Shown in pieces: positions 12,780-25,519 of a stretch of DNA of 64,000 nucleotides. Source of the DNA: Antedon mediterranea (lineage: Eukaryota; Animalia; Echinodermata); contig NC_092675.1 of assembly GCF_964355755.1 (NCBI RefSeq), positions 14,790,912-14,854,911 of the forward strand, in the 5' to 3' direction. Both the position numbers and the translations under genes were made by a program. The notes beneath the pieces were generated by a model that worked only from the letters and a program-made list of their open reading frames with translations, had not been told where the DNA came from and ran no database searches. Each line of letters starts with the position of its first letter. Position 1 is the stretch's first letter.

Positions 12780-13330
12780 ACCATTTTGTGATATGATGTC
12801 ATCATAAGCCAATCAAAGCTAAGCTTTCTCGCGATTGGCATTGCTCACGGTTGAATGATTTTGGATTCTAGCTGATTTGATTGGTGGATGCGAATCACCC
12901 GCAGCGAACCGCGTGTACCATGAATCTCTCTGATCGTTACTACACAAGTTAGAGCAATGAATTTGCCCGAATTCCGTTAAGTAAACAACTTTATATATTT
13001 TATAAGCATTTAATAACATGTTTTATTGATATTTCCAATGGTGATATACAAAAAAAAAATTACCAAAAAACGTAATTATATGTAATTATTTTAACCATGG
13101 CGTAGTTAATAGAATTGTCGACTGAGGCCGCAAATTGTTTTACTTCTTTCGTGGCTAAAAACGATCATTTTCGGCGATGTTTTAGACCCTATATTTCGAA
13201 AACTACAAGTCAGATTTTCCTAATTCTTTCTTTATTGTAATATGAATACAACATACTAACAGATAATGTTGGTTTGGTTTTAATATTGCATCGTTATCCC
13301 ATATCAGACAATTATGACTATGTAATCCTA
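12780..13330. repeat. Dispersed repeat with an inverted copy at about 23270-23690
   Basis: ttcgtggctaaaaacgatcattttcggcgatgttttagaccctatatttcgaaaactacaagtcagatttt (about 13148-13218) is the reverse complement of about 23343-23413. Boundaries are approximate. Confidence 0.6.
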
Positions 13331-13994
13331 GAACATATATTGATCAGACGTCGTGTATGTACAGATAATGACAACAATTTTGTCGGCAAATTGGCAATTC
13401 CCGCCCCCCCCCCCCCCTCCCCCCAACTTCAAAATCCTGGATACGCCACTGCTTACGCGTACTATAAAGTTTCGTTTGTCTGTAAAATTATGTAATCTGT
13501 TTACATGAGTAATTAAAAACGAAATTGTAGTTTGCGAAAAGAAACTACGAAGCATGTATATGTTATATTATGTTTTCACCATTGACAGCCATTGGAGTGG
13601 AGATGTATCATGGAGGTTGGTGTTTGCCTTCCAATCCCAAGATCATTTGATTTCATAACTTTTTATTTGATGAGTAGGCCTAATAAAGTTTATTTTGTAT
13701 TCTTGTTTATGTAACCATGTACACATCATTAGGCCTAATTCGCTGGTTGGATGGTGACCGAAAACGTGAGCTATAGCCGTGAAAATATGACCTAGTTTAG
13801 TTCTTGTAAGCCTAACTACACTCCCAGTTCGATGAATCTTCATTTATCGATCGTAGATCTAAAATTATCCGAAAGAAGCCATTCTTAGTGTTGATTTAGT
13901 TTACTGTTCTGTATACAAACCCGACACTCACTATTTCTAATCTAAGCATTTTTTGTCGAAATAATGCGCCCTCTATTTACCGAGGAATTTGAAG

Positions 13995-14501
13995 CTTGGA
14001 ATATTCCATTCCTCGCAAATCAATACAATTGTATAAACGTATATCATGGAGAAATCAGCTGATTTCTCCATGCGTATATTAAGTCTATCAAAAGAGTATT
14101 TTTCAAAGAAAATCAGCCTGTCTTCAACATTATGATGCTGTACTCGAGCTGATTCAACCGGTTTTCAGCCATTAAAAAAAATTATCGTAGGAGGAGATAG
14201 GAAAATGCGAAGCATCCTCGTATTATTGTGTGCGGGTATTTTCAAGATGGACATCCATTAGACAGTGTAGGCCTATACCACGATCGGAAAACACCTCTAT
14301 TTGGAGCAAATCATTGAACCTAAATACGTTTTAATTGTCAATAACTAATTATCGAACTCAATTTAAATAGTAAACAGGGTTACATCAGGTGGTTAAAATC
14401 AGTACCGAACGTACATACGTACTTTATATACCATCGAGTAAACATTCTTGAAATAACGCGCGATTTACAGAGTCTTGCCCTTACGTAAATTTATATATAG
14501 A
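13995..14501 (-). mobile_element. Helitron 5' fragment (same family as 45160-46602)
   Basis: High similarity to about 46140-46602, ending in the same cttacgtaaatttatatataga (minus-strand 5'-TC terminus). Confidence 0.7.
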
Positions 14502-14804
14502 TACATATACATAATACATTGTTGTAATCGGTCAATTTTGAACTTTGAGCCTTATATCTCGAAAACGCTTCCTATCCTAATCGATTACTTTCCATATTCG
14601 TAATCTACGTAAAATTCTGGTCTAGAAAAGTTCGATGGTAATTTGTCCCCTTTCGGGTGGTGATAACCCTCCTGCCACCTGACTATATGGTTTAGTCCTA
14701 TAGTATTTTCATGGACCATGGTATTTTTAAGCAGTAGATCAAAGAACTGATTTTTTACAACCACTACGTAAGCGCCTTTATTTTATTTAAAAAAAACCGA
14801 CATC

Positions 14805-14954
14805 GTCGGCTTTTCTCGACATTGGTGGCAGGATGGAGTTTTGCATTGTCGACTTTTCTCGACATTGTTGACAGGATGGAGTTTTGCATTGTCGGCTTTG
14901 CTCAACATTTATATGGCAGGATGGAGTTTTGAATTGTCGGCTTTTCTCGACATT
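14805..14954. repeat. Minisatellite, unit about 43 bp, about 3.5 copies
   Basis: Unit gtcggcttttctcgacattggtggcaggatggagttttgcatt, head to tail, with no unique spacers. Confidence 0.8.
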
Positions 14955-15435
14955 AAGATTAGGGATTGGAAACATAAAATGTGTGCAGATAAAGTTTCGA
15001 AGATATGCATTACTAACTGTAAACTCTCTGTGAAAACAACGTGAAGAAGTCCTTTTATTCCCATGAAATCAATGTGAAATACGTGCACGTCCAACTATCA
15101 TTGTCAAATGCAATCCGCTTGAATCGGCAATTAAATGCAAATTAATATTTGTGTAAAAATATTTAGCTCCTCAGAATGATTATGTGACCCGATGGTCGGG
15201 CCTGTGGCGAAGCGAATTTTGTTAAATGACACCCATAGATGACCGAAAATGGTACTTGCACGTAAAATTCATGATAAATGGCACCTCTAGTTCGCCAGAA
15301 ATGATACAATAGCAAACAGTAATACTGCCTATTTTTCCGCCGACTAAACACACGCGGCTAACAATGGGATTACATTTTTTAGTTCAATGCGAACGTCAGA
15401 GGAAGTTCCCGACGAAGGTACTCCCGGTAAGAGTA

Positions 15436-17225
15436 ATCATCAATATCACCATCATCATTAGCCTTTGTCAACCCACTGCATGGTAAAGGCCTCTCCAATG
15501 TGGCACCACATTTACCTGTCTTGTGCTTTTCTCATCTAGGTGACATCTAGGAATTTGATTATTTCATCTCTCCACCTTCCTGGATGTCTTGAACAATATA
15601 TTGATAACCATTCTGTTATTAGCTTTTTCCATCGCCCATCTGATGTCCATTTCTTTTGTTTCACTACCTGGATGATATCAGTTACTTGGGTCATGCTCCT
15701 GATCCATTTACTTGTCTTTCGGTCCCGTTTGGTGATCTTGAGCATGATTCTCTCCATACTATGCTGAGCAACTTTTAGTTTCTGCTCCATGTTCTGAGTC
15801 GTAGCCCATGTCTCAGAGCCGTAGGTCATAGCTGGTAGGACACATTGGTTGAATAACTTCCTTTTTAGACATAGTGGCATGCATTAAAGAGCTTGGTCTC
15901 CTTGTCGTACCCCTCTCTGGATGTTGATGTTGCTCTCTGTGTGGAGTTTTATGGTGGCTGTACCTTTGCTGTATATATCTTTGATAACGTTGACATATAC
16001 TTCATCTATTCCTTGGTCACTTAGTGCCTGTAGAACAGCAGGGATTCCAATGCAAGTTGCGCCACCCGTTGCAATAACAAGCAACAATTATTTAAACAGA
16101 GATCAAAAGGTTATTTTTGTGAAATTCTTAGATTAAGAGAAATTTAATTTGCTATTTGTTTGTGTATTATGTTTAAGTAATTGTGGTTTTCCTTGTTTAT
16201 TCTGTTATATTTGTTTAGGACCACAATGGAAATAAGTTTGCCGTCTCGGTACTTTTTTGTGTTTTTATCCTATTGATTTTATATCAGAATAAATAAATAA
16301 ATAAATTTTTAAAAAATGCTGTCGAAAGCTTTTTCATAATCTATAAAAGCCAAGCAAATAGGTCTCTATAAGCTGGTTGACAGTGTGTAGATGATCAGTG
16401 GTAGAATATCCGCTTCTAAATCCTGCTTGTTCTCTTGGTTGGTTGAAATCCAATGTGTGTGTGAGCCTGTTTGTCAAAACTTTGGTGAACAACTTGTATA
16501 TGTTAGATAGAAGACTTATAGGTCGGTAGTTGCCTAAGTCAGTGCCGCTCAATTTTCTGTGAATAAGGATGATGACTGCATTGCACCACCAATTATCCAG
16601 TACACTGCCCTCCCGAAGACATCTTTAATGTTTCGGTTAGTATCTCATCATCCCGGCCCCTGGTGCTTTCCTTTTCTTCATTTTTTCAAGGCATTGTCTA
16701 TTTCATCAGCATCAATTAGTGGTATATTGGCATCCTTGGTGCTGTCAATATTGGGATTTACTAATGTGGTCTTGCTGCTGTTGAGGCCTTGGTAAAATTC
16801 TTCTACTCTTGAGACAATCTTCTCACGGTCATTTATGATTGTGCCATCCAGCCTCTGGAGTGCAACCATCTGTGACCTTCCCAGTGATAACCTTTGTTTT
16901 GTCTTTTTATAGCTTCTGTTGTCTTCTAAGGTTTGTTGGATCTTTCTGACATTGTATTCTCTTATCTCTGACTTCTCCCTTCCTGATGGTTTTACAAACA
17001 TCTGAGTACTCTATTTTCTGGACAGAAGTCTTGTGTTTCCTATTTCTCCTTTTCTCAAGAAGATTCAGAGTGGTAGCAGAAAGCTTCTCCTCTTTCTTCT
17101 GCACTTTCTTTCCAGCTATTTCCCTGGCACATGTGTTGATTATCTCTGCTATGGCTGTGGCTTTAGCTGTGTTAGATCCTGATCTTCCATTGTACTGTCA
17201 GTGCATGGAACTTATTTTGAAGAAC
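15436..17225 (-). mobile_element. 5'-truncated, decayed RTE-clade LINE (RT region)
   Basis: ORF pieces NYRPISLLSNIYKLFTKVL, QPREQAGFRSGYSTTDHL, RGVRQGD and MPLCLKRKLFNQCVLPAMTYGSETW. The 3' end gaggcctttaccatgcagtggg is followed by a (TGA)n-like tail at about 15436-15460. Confidence 0.9.
16054..16314 (+). mobile_element. Short LINE 3' tail (CR1/L2-like) inserted into the RTE
   Basis: Contains ggaccacaatggaaataag and ends in (aata)n. Flanked by aatgc at 16049-16053 and 16315-16319. Removing it rejoins the RTE motif AFDSI-GIP. Confidence 0.65.
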
Positions 17226-20200
17226 TAACTGGAATTGAGATGATTCCTGATGTAGGAAAGAGTAATACATTCTAGAAATTCTAATCAATTAATAATTTTA
17301 AAAGGTTAGACAAAAAATATTAAGTTGCTGCTGTAAATACATTGAGAAAAACGTTAAATTGGATTATTTTGAAATAAATGCTAAATAAGTCAGTAAAACC
17401 ACAATTTCCAAAACATTTATCCTTTCATCCACTATAAACTGTACAACAGTGCTGCGTAAACCACACTACAGAAAAGAAAATATGAACGAAATTTACAGAA
17501 AGAAGCAATTAAACACTGTTATTTCAAAGTTCGGAACGCCCGTAATTACTACGGAGATTCAGCCCAATATTATGGACGTATAGGAAAATGAAGATAAATC
17601 GGGTGCTACGGAAATACTTAAATTATGGGAATCCCCGGCAAAATGCAATAATTATGGACAATTCAAATCACATGGCGGGGTTTTCCACGAACACAGTGTG
17701 TAGTGGCCTTTCGTACCTTCTCATGACTCAAACAAGCAATCCAAATAGTCAGAAATTCTGAGAAATCAGAAACATTTCTACAAAAAATTAAAAAAATTAA
17801 AAATACATTGACCGCCGGTAAATTGTGCGCGGTATTGTTGTATGCTGTATTACGTGCAATCTGTCAATTTAGATATAGCCTCTTCTAACCCTGGACTTCT
17901 ATTATATTATTATATTTGATGAAATAGGATCTAAATTTCAATTTAGTGGCAGAAAAAAACATTTAGTATGAAATTAAGGGAAACACCCCTGTGTCCGCCC
18001 CTGGTAAATCACTTATATATGAATTCAAATTTGGCGTAAAAAATGATCATCATATATGGCCACTGAGTTTTTACTCTTTCGTCATAGATCGTCACATTCA
18101 AGAGCGCATTTGGCTTTTTATCCGTGCCAGATTTTCTCTCAATATGAACTAAATAACGTAGGTCGCTTGTATATTTGAACCCGTTACAGCTTCTCAGAAT
18201 TAACTGTGACCTGTGATGTTTTATAGAAGCAATTAAATTGGCGATATGAATTCATGTAAAAATTGTGATGTTGTAACATCATCTTATGGCCAGGTAAATT
18301 TAAAAGTTCTACACATGGAAGAGCACGCATCTCCCTCCTACGTGTTGAATTTTCTTCCAAATTGCAATATGTTCTTGCTCAATTATCTTCCGAAATTTTT
18401 CATCTCCGTGTTTGATTTGAATGACGTTATCATGTAAAAAAATAGAATATTAGTGAGTCCCGTAATTTCACCCAAGGCTACCAACCTATGCTACATAGTT
18501 AGGAAGCCAGAAAGGGGTTACCTGCACCTTCTAGCAAACTATGTTAAAAATGTTTTTTTGCTTCCTTATATCACAAATCAATTTTTTGCTGTTGGTCGAA
18601 AAAAATTGGGATACTTGGTCAGTACATGGGCCAAAATTTCAATATGGTCAAAGTTAAGACTGTGCGTAACATGGTAACTACTGGGTGTATTGGAATATTT
18701 TTTGTACCAAACTACTCAGAAGACCCATATATTCACTCTAATGGGCAACTTTTGCCAAAAGTCGACGGAAACCCCTTTTCTGACAACTGGTCCAGCGATA
18801 ATTGTGGTCTCAAATTACTTGCAATATATATATATTTGTTCTAATGTAAATAAAAAACAAAACTGTCAATAAACCCCTAATTTTGACCTTTGACATATAG
18901 CTGGCACAAACCTTTTTGGCTTGGAGCACACTTTTCATATCTGAGAAGTTGTTGGGCGGATATGGTCGTAGTTGGTGTTAAAATACTCAGAAGATACATA
19001 TTTCTATTTACTTTAATGGACAACTTGTGCCAAAAATGAATGTGAAATCATAGCCATATCCATATCTCAAATTACTCGCAAAATATATATTTATATTTGC
19101 TCTAATACAAAAGAAATACACAAAATGTTAAAAAAACACCTTATTTTGACATTTAACTTAGTATTAAAATACACTCATATTGATATGACTCTAATGAACA
19201 AGTGCCAAAAGACATATCATGACCACTGATCAAGAAAATGGCCATAGAAATATTTAGCAACCAGGTCACAAAGTGATAGTTTTGGTCTCAAAATACTAGG
19301 AATGAATATGTTTAAAAACGAAATAACAAGTTATCAAAAAGTGGAGCCTTTCTTTTCAGGTATACATGATAAATTGAAACACATTGCCCTTGATACACCA
19401 TACGGTAGGCTACTCCAGGCTCGTAAACTAGTTCTTATAGAAGGGATTCGAAGTTGGAAGCCTTTGATGGACCAACCAATTACGATTAATTTGTATGTGT
19501 TAAATTTAAAAACACCGGATATGTGGATGATAGTTTTCAGTGGAAGAGGTGGCGATTAGGAAGGAATTCTCAACCTCAGCCCCCATCGTGTTGGGATTGA
19601 GTAAAGATAATTTTTTGAAAATATGGACCTATAGTTGACCAGAAATTAAGTATCAATGTTCCAGCTTGGAGTCAATTGTATAAAACCTTAAAAAGATATT
19701 TGAATCTGAAATATACACATAGGTCGAGCCAATTTCAATGGTAGGGGCGGTTAAGTGAGGGGTCTTCTGCACCACCTCAGTCCCATCATGGTTGGGGCTG
19801 AGGTAAGAAAATGGAAACATGGACCTTTTAGTTTAATACAATCGTATCACACTTCTCAATTCTTTAACACTAATGTTGTTGATTTGTACTGTATACTTTT
19901 AATTTATGGATAGGGAAAGTCACGCCATCTCCACACACATAGACTGCCCAAATCATTATGCTATAATACCAAATTTAAACACTCGCAATATTTCACTTTA
20001 AAACTGTACCCAGTTTCTTTCTTGATTGTGTTTATAATTATGAAAATCTAAAGACAAATCAAAGTAAACCGTTACAGTATGACTATGTTATGTAATAATA
20101 ATTATTGCTATTTACTCATCCTCCTTTTTGTTGGATTTACTAATAATTTAAGAATAAATGAATGAATATTGCATAGTAAACCATCATACTACATCAGTGC

Positions 20201-20576
20201 GCATGTGATTTTAATTAAAACTAGTATCCTAAATATAGGTTAGTGAATAAAGATTACTATGCAACTAATTTACATATTGTTTATTTGTATTAAAAGATTC
20301 AATATGTCTAAGTATGCTGCATCAAACAGCTTATTGTAATGGAGTGAAACATTGGAACATCTGAACAAAACAAACATAAGTTCTTGTTAAATTATTAATT
20401 TTTAGTTTTACTTAAAATCACATAATACTGAGTAGTATGAAGTTTAAAGTTTATTGTGCAATGTCATAACAAAATGGTAAGCTTTTTAATTAATATTAGT
20501 TATAAATTATTATAAATTTGTGATTTCGACAAAAAGGAGGACTTATTGAGGGGTATTGCTAAACTGTGCAAACACT

Positions 20577-21465
20577 GCGCAAACAACAAAAAAAGCTGCG
20601 CAAACCTCCTTCAAAACAATTATTATTGATTAGAACACAACTAGAACTATATAGGGAGACAATTTATGAGGAAAAAAATTTGAAATTCCTTTAAGTTTGC
20701 CTTTTTTTGGGTTAAAAACTTCAATTTTTGGGAAAATTACTGATTTCACAGCGCAAACAACAAAAAAAGCTGCGCAAATCTCCTTTAAATCTATTAATAT
20801 TGATTAAAACACAACTAGACCTATATAGGGAGACAATTTATGGGGAAAAACATTTGAAATTCCTTTAAGTTTGCCTTTTTTTGGGTGAAAAACTTCAATT
20901 TTTGGGAAAATTACTGATTTCACAGCGCAAACAACAAAAAAAGCTGCGCAAACCTCCTTTAAATCTATTAATATTGATTAAAACACAACTAGACCGATAT
21001 AGGAAGACAATTTATGGGGAAAAACATTTGAAATTCCTTTAAGTTTGCCCTTTTTTGGGTGAAAAACTTCAATTTTTGGGAAAATTACTGATTTCACAGC
21101 GCAAACCTCCAAAAAAAGCTGCGCAAACCTCCTTTAAATCAATTAATATTGATTAAACACAACTAGACCTATATAGGGAGACAATTTATGGGGAAAAACA
21201 TTTGAAATTCCTTTAAGTTTGCCTTTTTTTGGGTTAAACACTTCAATTTTTGGGAAAATTACAGATTTCACAGATTTAAAGGTTTGCGCATACCCTCAAA
21301 AAAGCTGCGCAAACCTCCTTCAAATCAATTAATATTGATTAGATAACAACTAGAACAATATAGGGAGACAATTTATGGAAAAACAATTTGAAATTGCTGT
21401 AAGTTTGCCTCTTTTTTTTAAATTAAAAAATTTAAATTACAGATTTCACAGATTTCAAGGTTTGC
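20577..21465. repeat. Satellite array, 174-bp unit, about 5 copies
   Basis: Unit starts (gcgcaaac...aaaaaagctgcgcaaa) at 20577, 20751, 20925, 21099 and about 21286. Confidence 0.9.
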
Positions 21466-24400
21466 GTGGCATTGATTCCTTACTTTATTAAGAATTTCAG
21501 GGTCTGTCCTTACATATGATTGATTGTATTTAGAGTTCCTATGTGGTGCAGTTACGTTTAACACTCCTCTGTATTCGTGAACAGCTACATATTTTCCATT
21601 TATTGTGTCATCAATGTAAGTAATTTTCCGTTCGTAATTGGTGGCACATTTCTTAGAATAATAGCGATGGACATTAATAGTTTTTAACCAAAAAAAAGGT
21701 AAACTTAAAGGAATTTAAGACTGCGCGACTTGGTAACTACTGGGTGTATTGGAATACTTGTTATACCAAACTACTCAGAAGACTGGACTGAAACCCCTTT
21801 TCTGACCACTGGTCAAGAAATTGGCCATATGAATATCTCAGCAACCACTGGTCAGAAAAGTGATAATTGTGGTCTCAAATTACTCGCAAAGTATATGTTT
21901 ATATTTGTTCTAATATAATAAAAATAATAAAACTGTCAATAAACCCCTAATTTTTAACCTTTGACACAAAGCATTAATGGTTTAGAGCACACTTTTCATA
22001 TCTCAGAAATTGTTGAGCGGATATGGTCGTCGTTGGTGTCACAATACTCAGAAGATACATATTTCTATTCACTTTAATGGACAACTTTTGCAAAAAATGA
22101 CCGTGAAACTTTATTTTTGCCCATTGGTCAAGAAAATAGCCATATCAATATCTCAGCAACCACTAGTCAAATAGTTATACTTTTAGTCTCAAATTATTCG
22201 CAATATATATATTTATATTTTCTCTAATACAACAGAAATACACAAAATGTTAAAAAATACCTTATTTTTACATTTAACCTATAGCTGGTACAAACATTTT
22301 TGGGTGGAGCACACTTACATTTTTAATAACTAGCGAATATTGTCTTGCTTAATCAGTGACTGTTGAGTATGGTACCGAAAATATTCTAATTGTAACCCTG
22401 GGTTATTATTCTTTGATTGTTTTTTAGGGTGGATTACTATTATAAGTGGGGTTACTATTAGAGTAGTGGGTTACTATTACTAATCTGAGGCACCTGAAAA
22501 TAGTAAACCCACCCCCAACTTTTCGGTCAGCAACTCATAGAAAAAGAATAAAACAGTACGAATAAATAAATTTACTAAACTGCGCAAACATTGCGCAAAC
22601 AACAAAAAAAGCTGCGCATTGACCATATTGAAATTTTGGCCCCTGTTCTGACCAAGCATCCCATTTTTTTTACGGCCAACAGCAAAAAGTTGATTTTTAT
22701 TGATAAAAGGAAGCAAAAAAACATTGTTTGAATAGTTTGCTAGAGGGTGCAGTTCTGATACATTGTATTATATTTAGGCCTATGTTGCTTATGTTTATAA
22801 ATATTTATTTGTTGACATCCAACAATGTACATATTAAATGAAGTAAAACTCACACATAACCATTAGAATCAATTGTGATTATACAGGTATGTTTGTTTTA
22901 TGTACCACAAAAGTGAGAAGCAAAAAAAAATCAGGTGTTAGACTAAATATAGTATAATATGCTAAATCGTGGTAAATATGCTGTAGAATTGGGTTTTTCA
23001 AATTATGCCAGATTACACTAGATTTTTAAAATTATATCTAGCATAAATGCCAGATGTCAGATGGGTCAAAATTATGCCAGATAGCATAATTATGCCAGAT
23101 TTGGCCACTATTCAGCGAACGTGCATCAGACAGTGTGTTTTGCAAGTATGACGTCATGAGCTCAGGCATGCATCATGAATATTCATGATATATGCACGCC
23201 CTATATAGTATCTGCCTTAACCTAATAGGAAAAAACAATGCACCCGACCCACTAGTCTATAGGCCTATTACGTAGGGATAACGATGCAACATTAAAAGTT
23301 GCCTGTTAATATTATGTATCAATATTAAAATAAAGAATTGTGAAAATCTGACTTGTAGTTTTCGAAATATAGGGTCCAAAACATCGCCAAAAATAATCGT
23401 TTTTAGCCACGAACGAAGTAAATAAATTGCGCCCTCAGTAGGCAATTGTATGACCTTAATAAAAAAAAACGGTTTTTAGTAAATATATTTTGTATATCAA
23501 TATTGTAAAATTCAATCAAATAATTATGATATTACATGTTTATTAAATAAAAGAGTGTTTATGCAACCTCATTCAAAGAATTTCAATACATTATTTTCCC
23601 GACGTGTGTGTCAGAGAAAACGTGACTTTACGGCACACGTGAGAAAATTCTTCCGCAGTGTGGTGATTCGCGTCAACCAATCAAAGGGGGAGAATAAAAA
23701 TTCGTTCAACCGTACACTCTCTTTTCCCAGACGTTTTTTTGGGGTCCAGCAGCTTGGACATTAGTAGAGTTTACAAAATTCAAAAAATGTCAGCCGTAGA
23801 TATATAGATTTCGTGTTTGAAAAAGCTTCTTATTAATTATGTCCTCTAGGAATATAGCTGCCTAGAGCCGCGGCGCGAAAAAAGAACCGGACAATGCTAT
23901 TTTTAACTTGTTGGTTTTCAATTTAAAAAGAAATTCGAAATTGTATTAGTTCCTGTACCAAGGAGTTGTAAATTCAGATTATACTATGCATGTAAATTTA
24001 GTTACCAAAACCATCTGTAAAACCAAGGACATAGTTCTTGAAAACAAAAATACTGTATATATAATATTCTAAAAGTTCTTTTGATAATGCTAAAATTGTC
24101 ATTTTATTAAATAATAAAATTAGAAGAAACCACAGTATAATTTATTATGTTTATTATAGATATCATAATTATATATTATTCTGTATGCTGTATGATATGG
24201 CTAGGATATTTGACCACACAGGTATAAATATTTGATGGCATGGTATTATAAAAAAATTAAATCACCTGTACCTGTGTCATTATACCACAAACTATTATAT
24301 CTTTTAAAAACAACATTTTGCAATACTTTATAAACTTTCATAAAATAAATAACTCAGATAAATAATAACGTACGTATTGAATAAAAGTGCAAATTCCGGG

Positions 24401-25196
24401 GATCTAGCCCTTATATTTTTAAAAAGAACCTCAGCCAACCATGGTGGGGCCCTGGGCACTCACTTGCATCTACCTAAAAATCTTGCATCTTTGCAGATTT
24501 ACTTTTTGATCAAAAAACATTTGAAATGTTTACATGTTTGAACACAATTATTTGCTTACATACTGTACAGTGGTATTTACATGAATGTAAAAAAACTTCT
24601 AATTAATTTAAGAACATTGGTCAGAAAAAAAAATGTAATGTAATGCGCTATTTCATGAAGATCAGAGCGCTGTGGACTTGGACCTTTTCAACAACATTCT
24701 TCTCCCCTAAGGGTCACGACGTGTCATCGGCAGTCAATTACGGCGCCATTACATCTGTCCACGACAGTGTGTGTGTGAACTAGTACACCAGGGTATCCCC
24801 CAAACCATGTCAACATTTTGCGCATATTGAATGAAGTCAGTTTTCTGTGACCTACTGTACTGGTGTGAAATATGCCAAATTAACATTAAGGATGTCTCGC
24901 TATCGAATGACTATGGTTGGAATGTCTGAATATATGGAAATTATTTGCTTTTATATCACACTAAATGAATATAAATATAGAAAATGTGAATAATTGTTCC
25001 TAATCCTTAAAATAAGACATTGTTTGGCAAGTTGCACTTGCAGTGTATTAGTAATTAAACATTTACAAATAATTTCTTAAAACCTTTTATATACGAGCAA
25101 TTTTTAAAAATGTGTGTTTAATGCACGATTTATGATTTAAAATAGATCACAACAATGAAGTGTACACCTAATTCCACATTATTATCTTTATATGAA

Positions 25197-25300
25197 CTAA
25201 GTTCTGGCAGGATCTTCTTCAATGTAAGCATTTGTTTCTTGTGCACAAGCAAGTAGTGCCTTTCTTTCATCTTCATTGTCTTCTAATGCTACAATATTAT
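25197..25300 (-). CDS. MFSD12: MFSD12 terminal coding exon (with stop)
   Basis: Acceptor ttcttttttttaaag. Phase 1 matches the preceding exon. Translates (D)NIVALEDNEDERKALLACAQETNAYIEEDPART*. Assigned by splice and phase logic, not by homology. Confidence 0.7.
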
Positions 25301-25519
25301 CTTTAAAAAAAAGAACTTAAATTTAAGGCCTAAAAAAAAAATAGTTGTTTGCTGTCATCCGCCGCCTCTAATTTCGCCAAAAATTTGGGGCGGAGATAAG
25401 AAAAAATTGTTTTTTTACGTTGAGGGCGCTTTTTAAAAAAAAGTTTTTTTATGATTTTTTTTGCCCGAAAAGGTGTAAAAATCGAGTGTGCGAGGATGAA
25501 ACAATAAAATAATAACGTA

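Noticed and set aside
14805-14954. Possible CRISPR-like array
   Set aside because: The whole 43-bp unit repeats with no unique spacers, there are no cas genes, and the context is eukaryotic.
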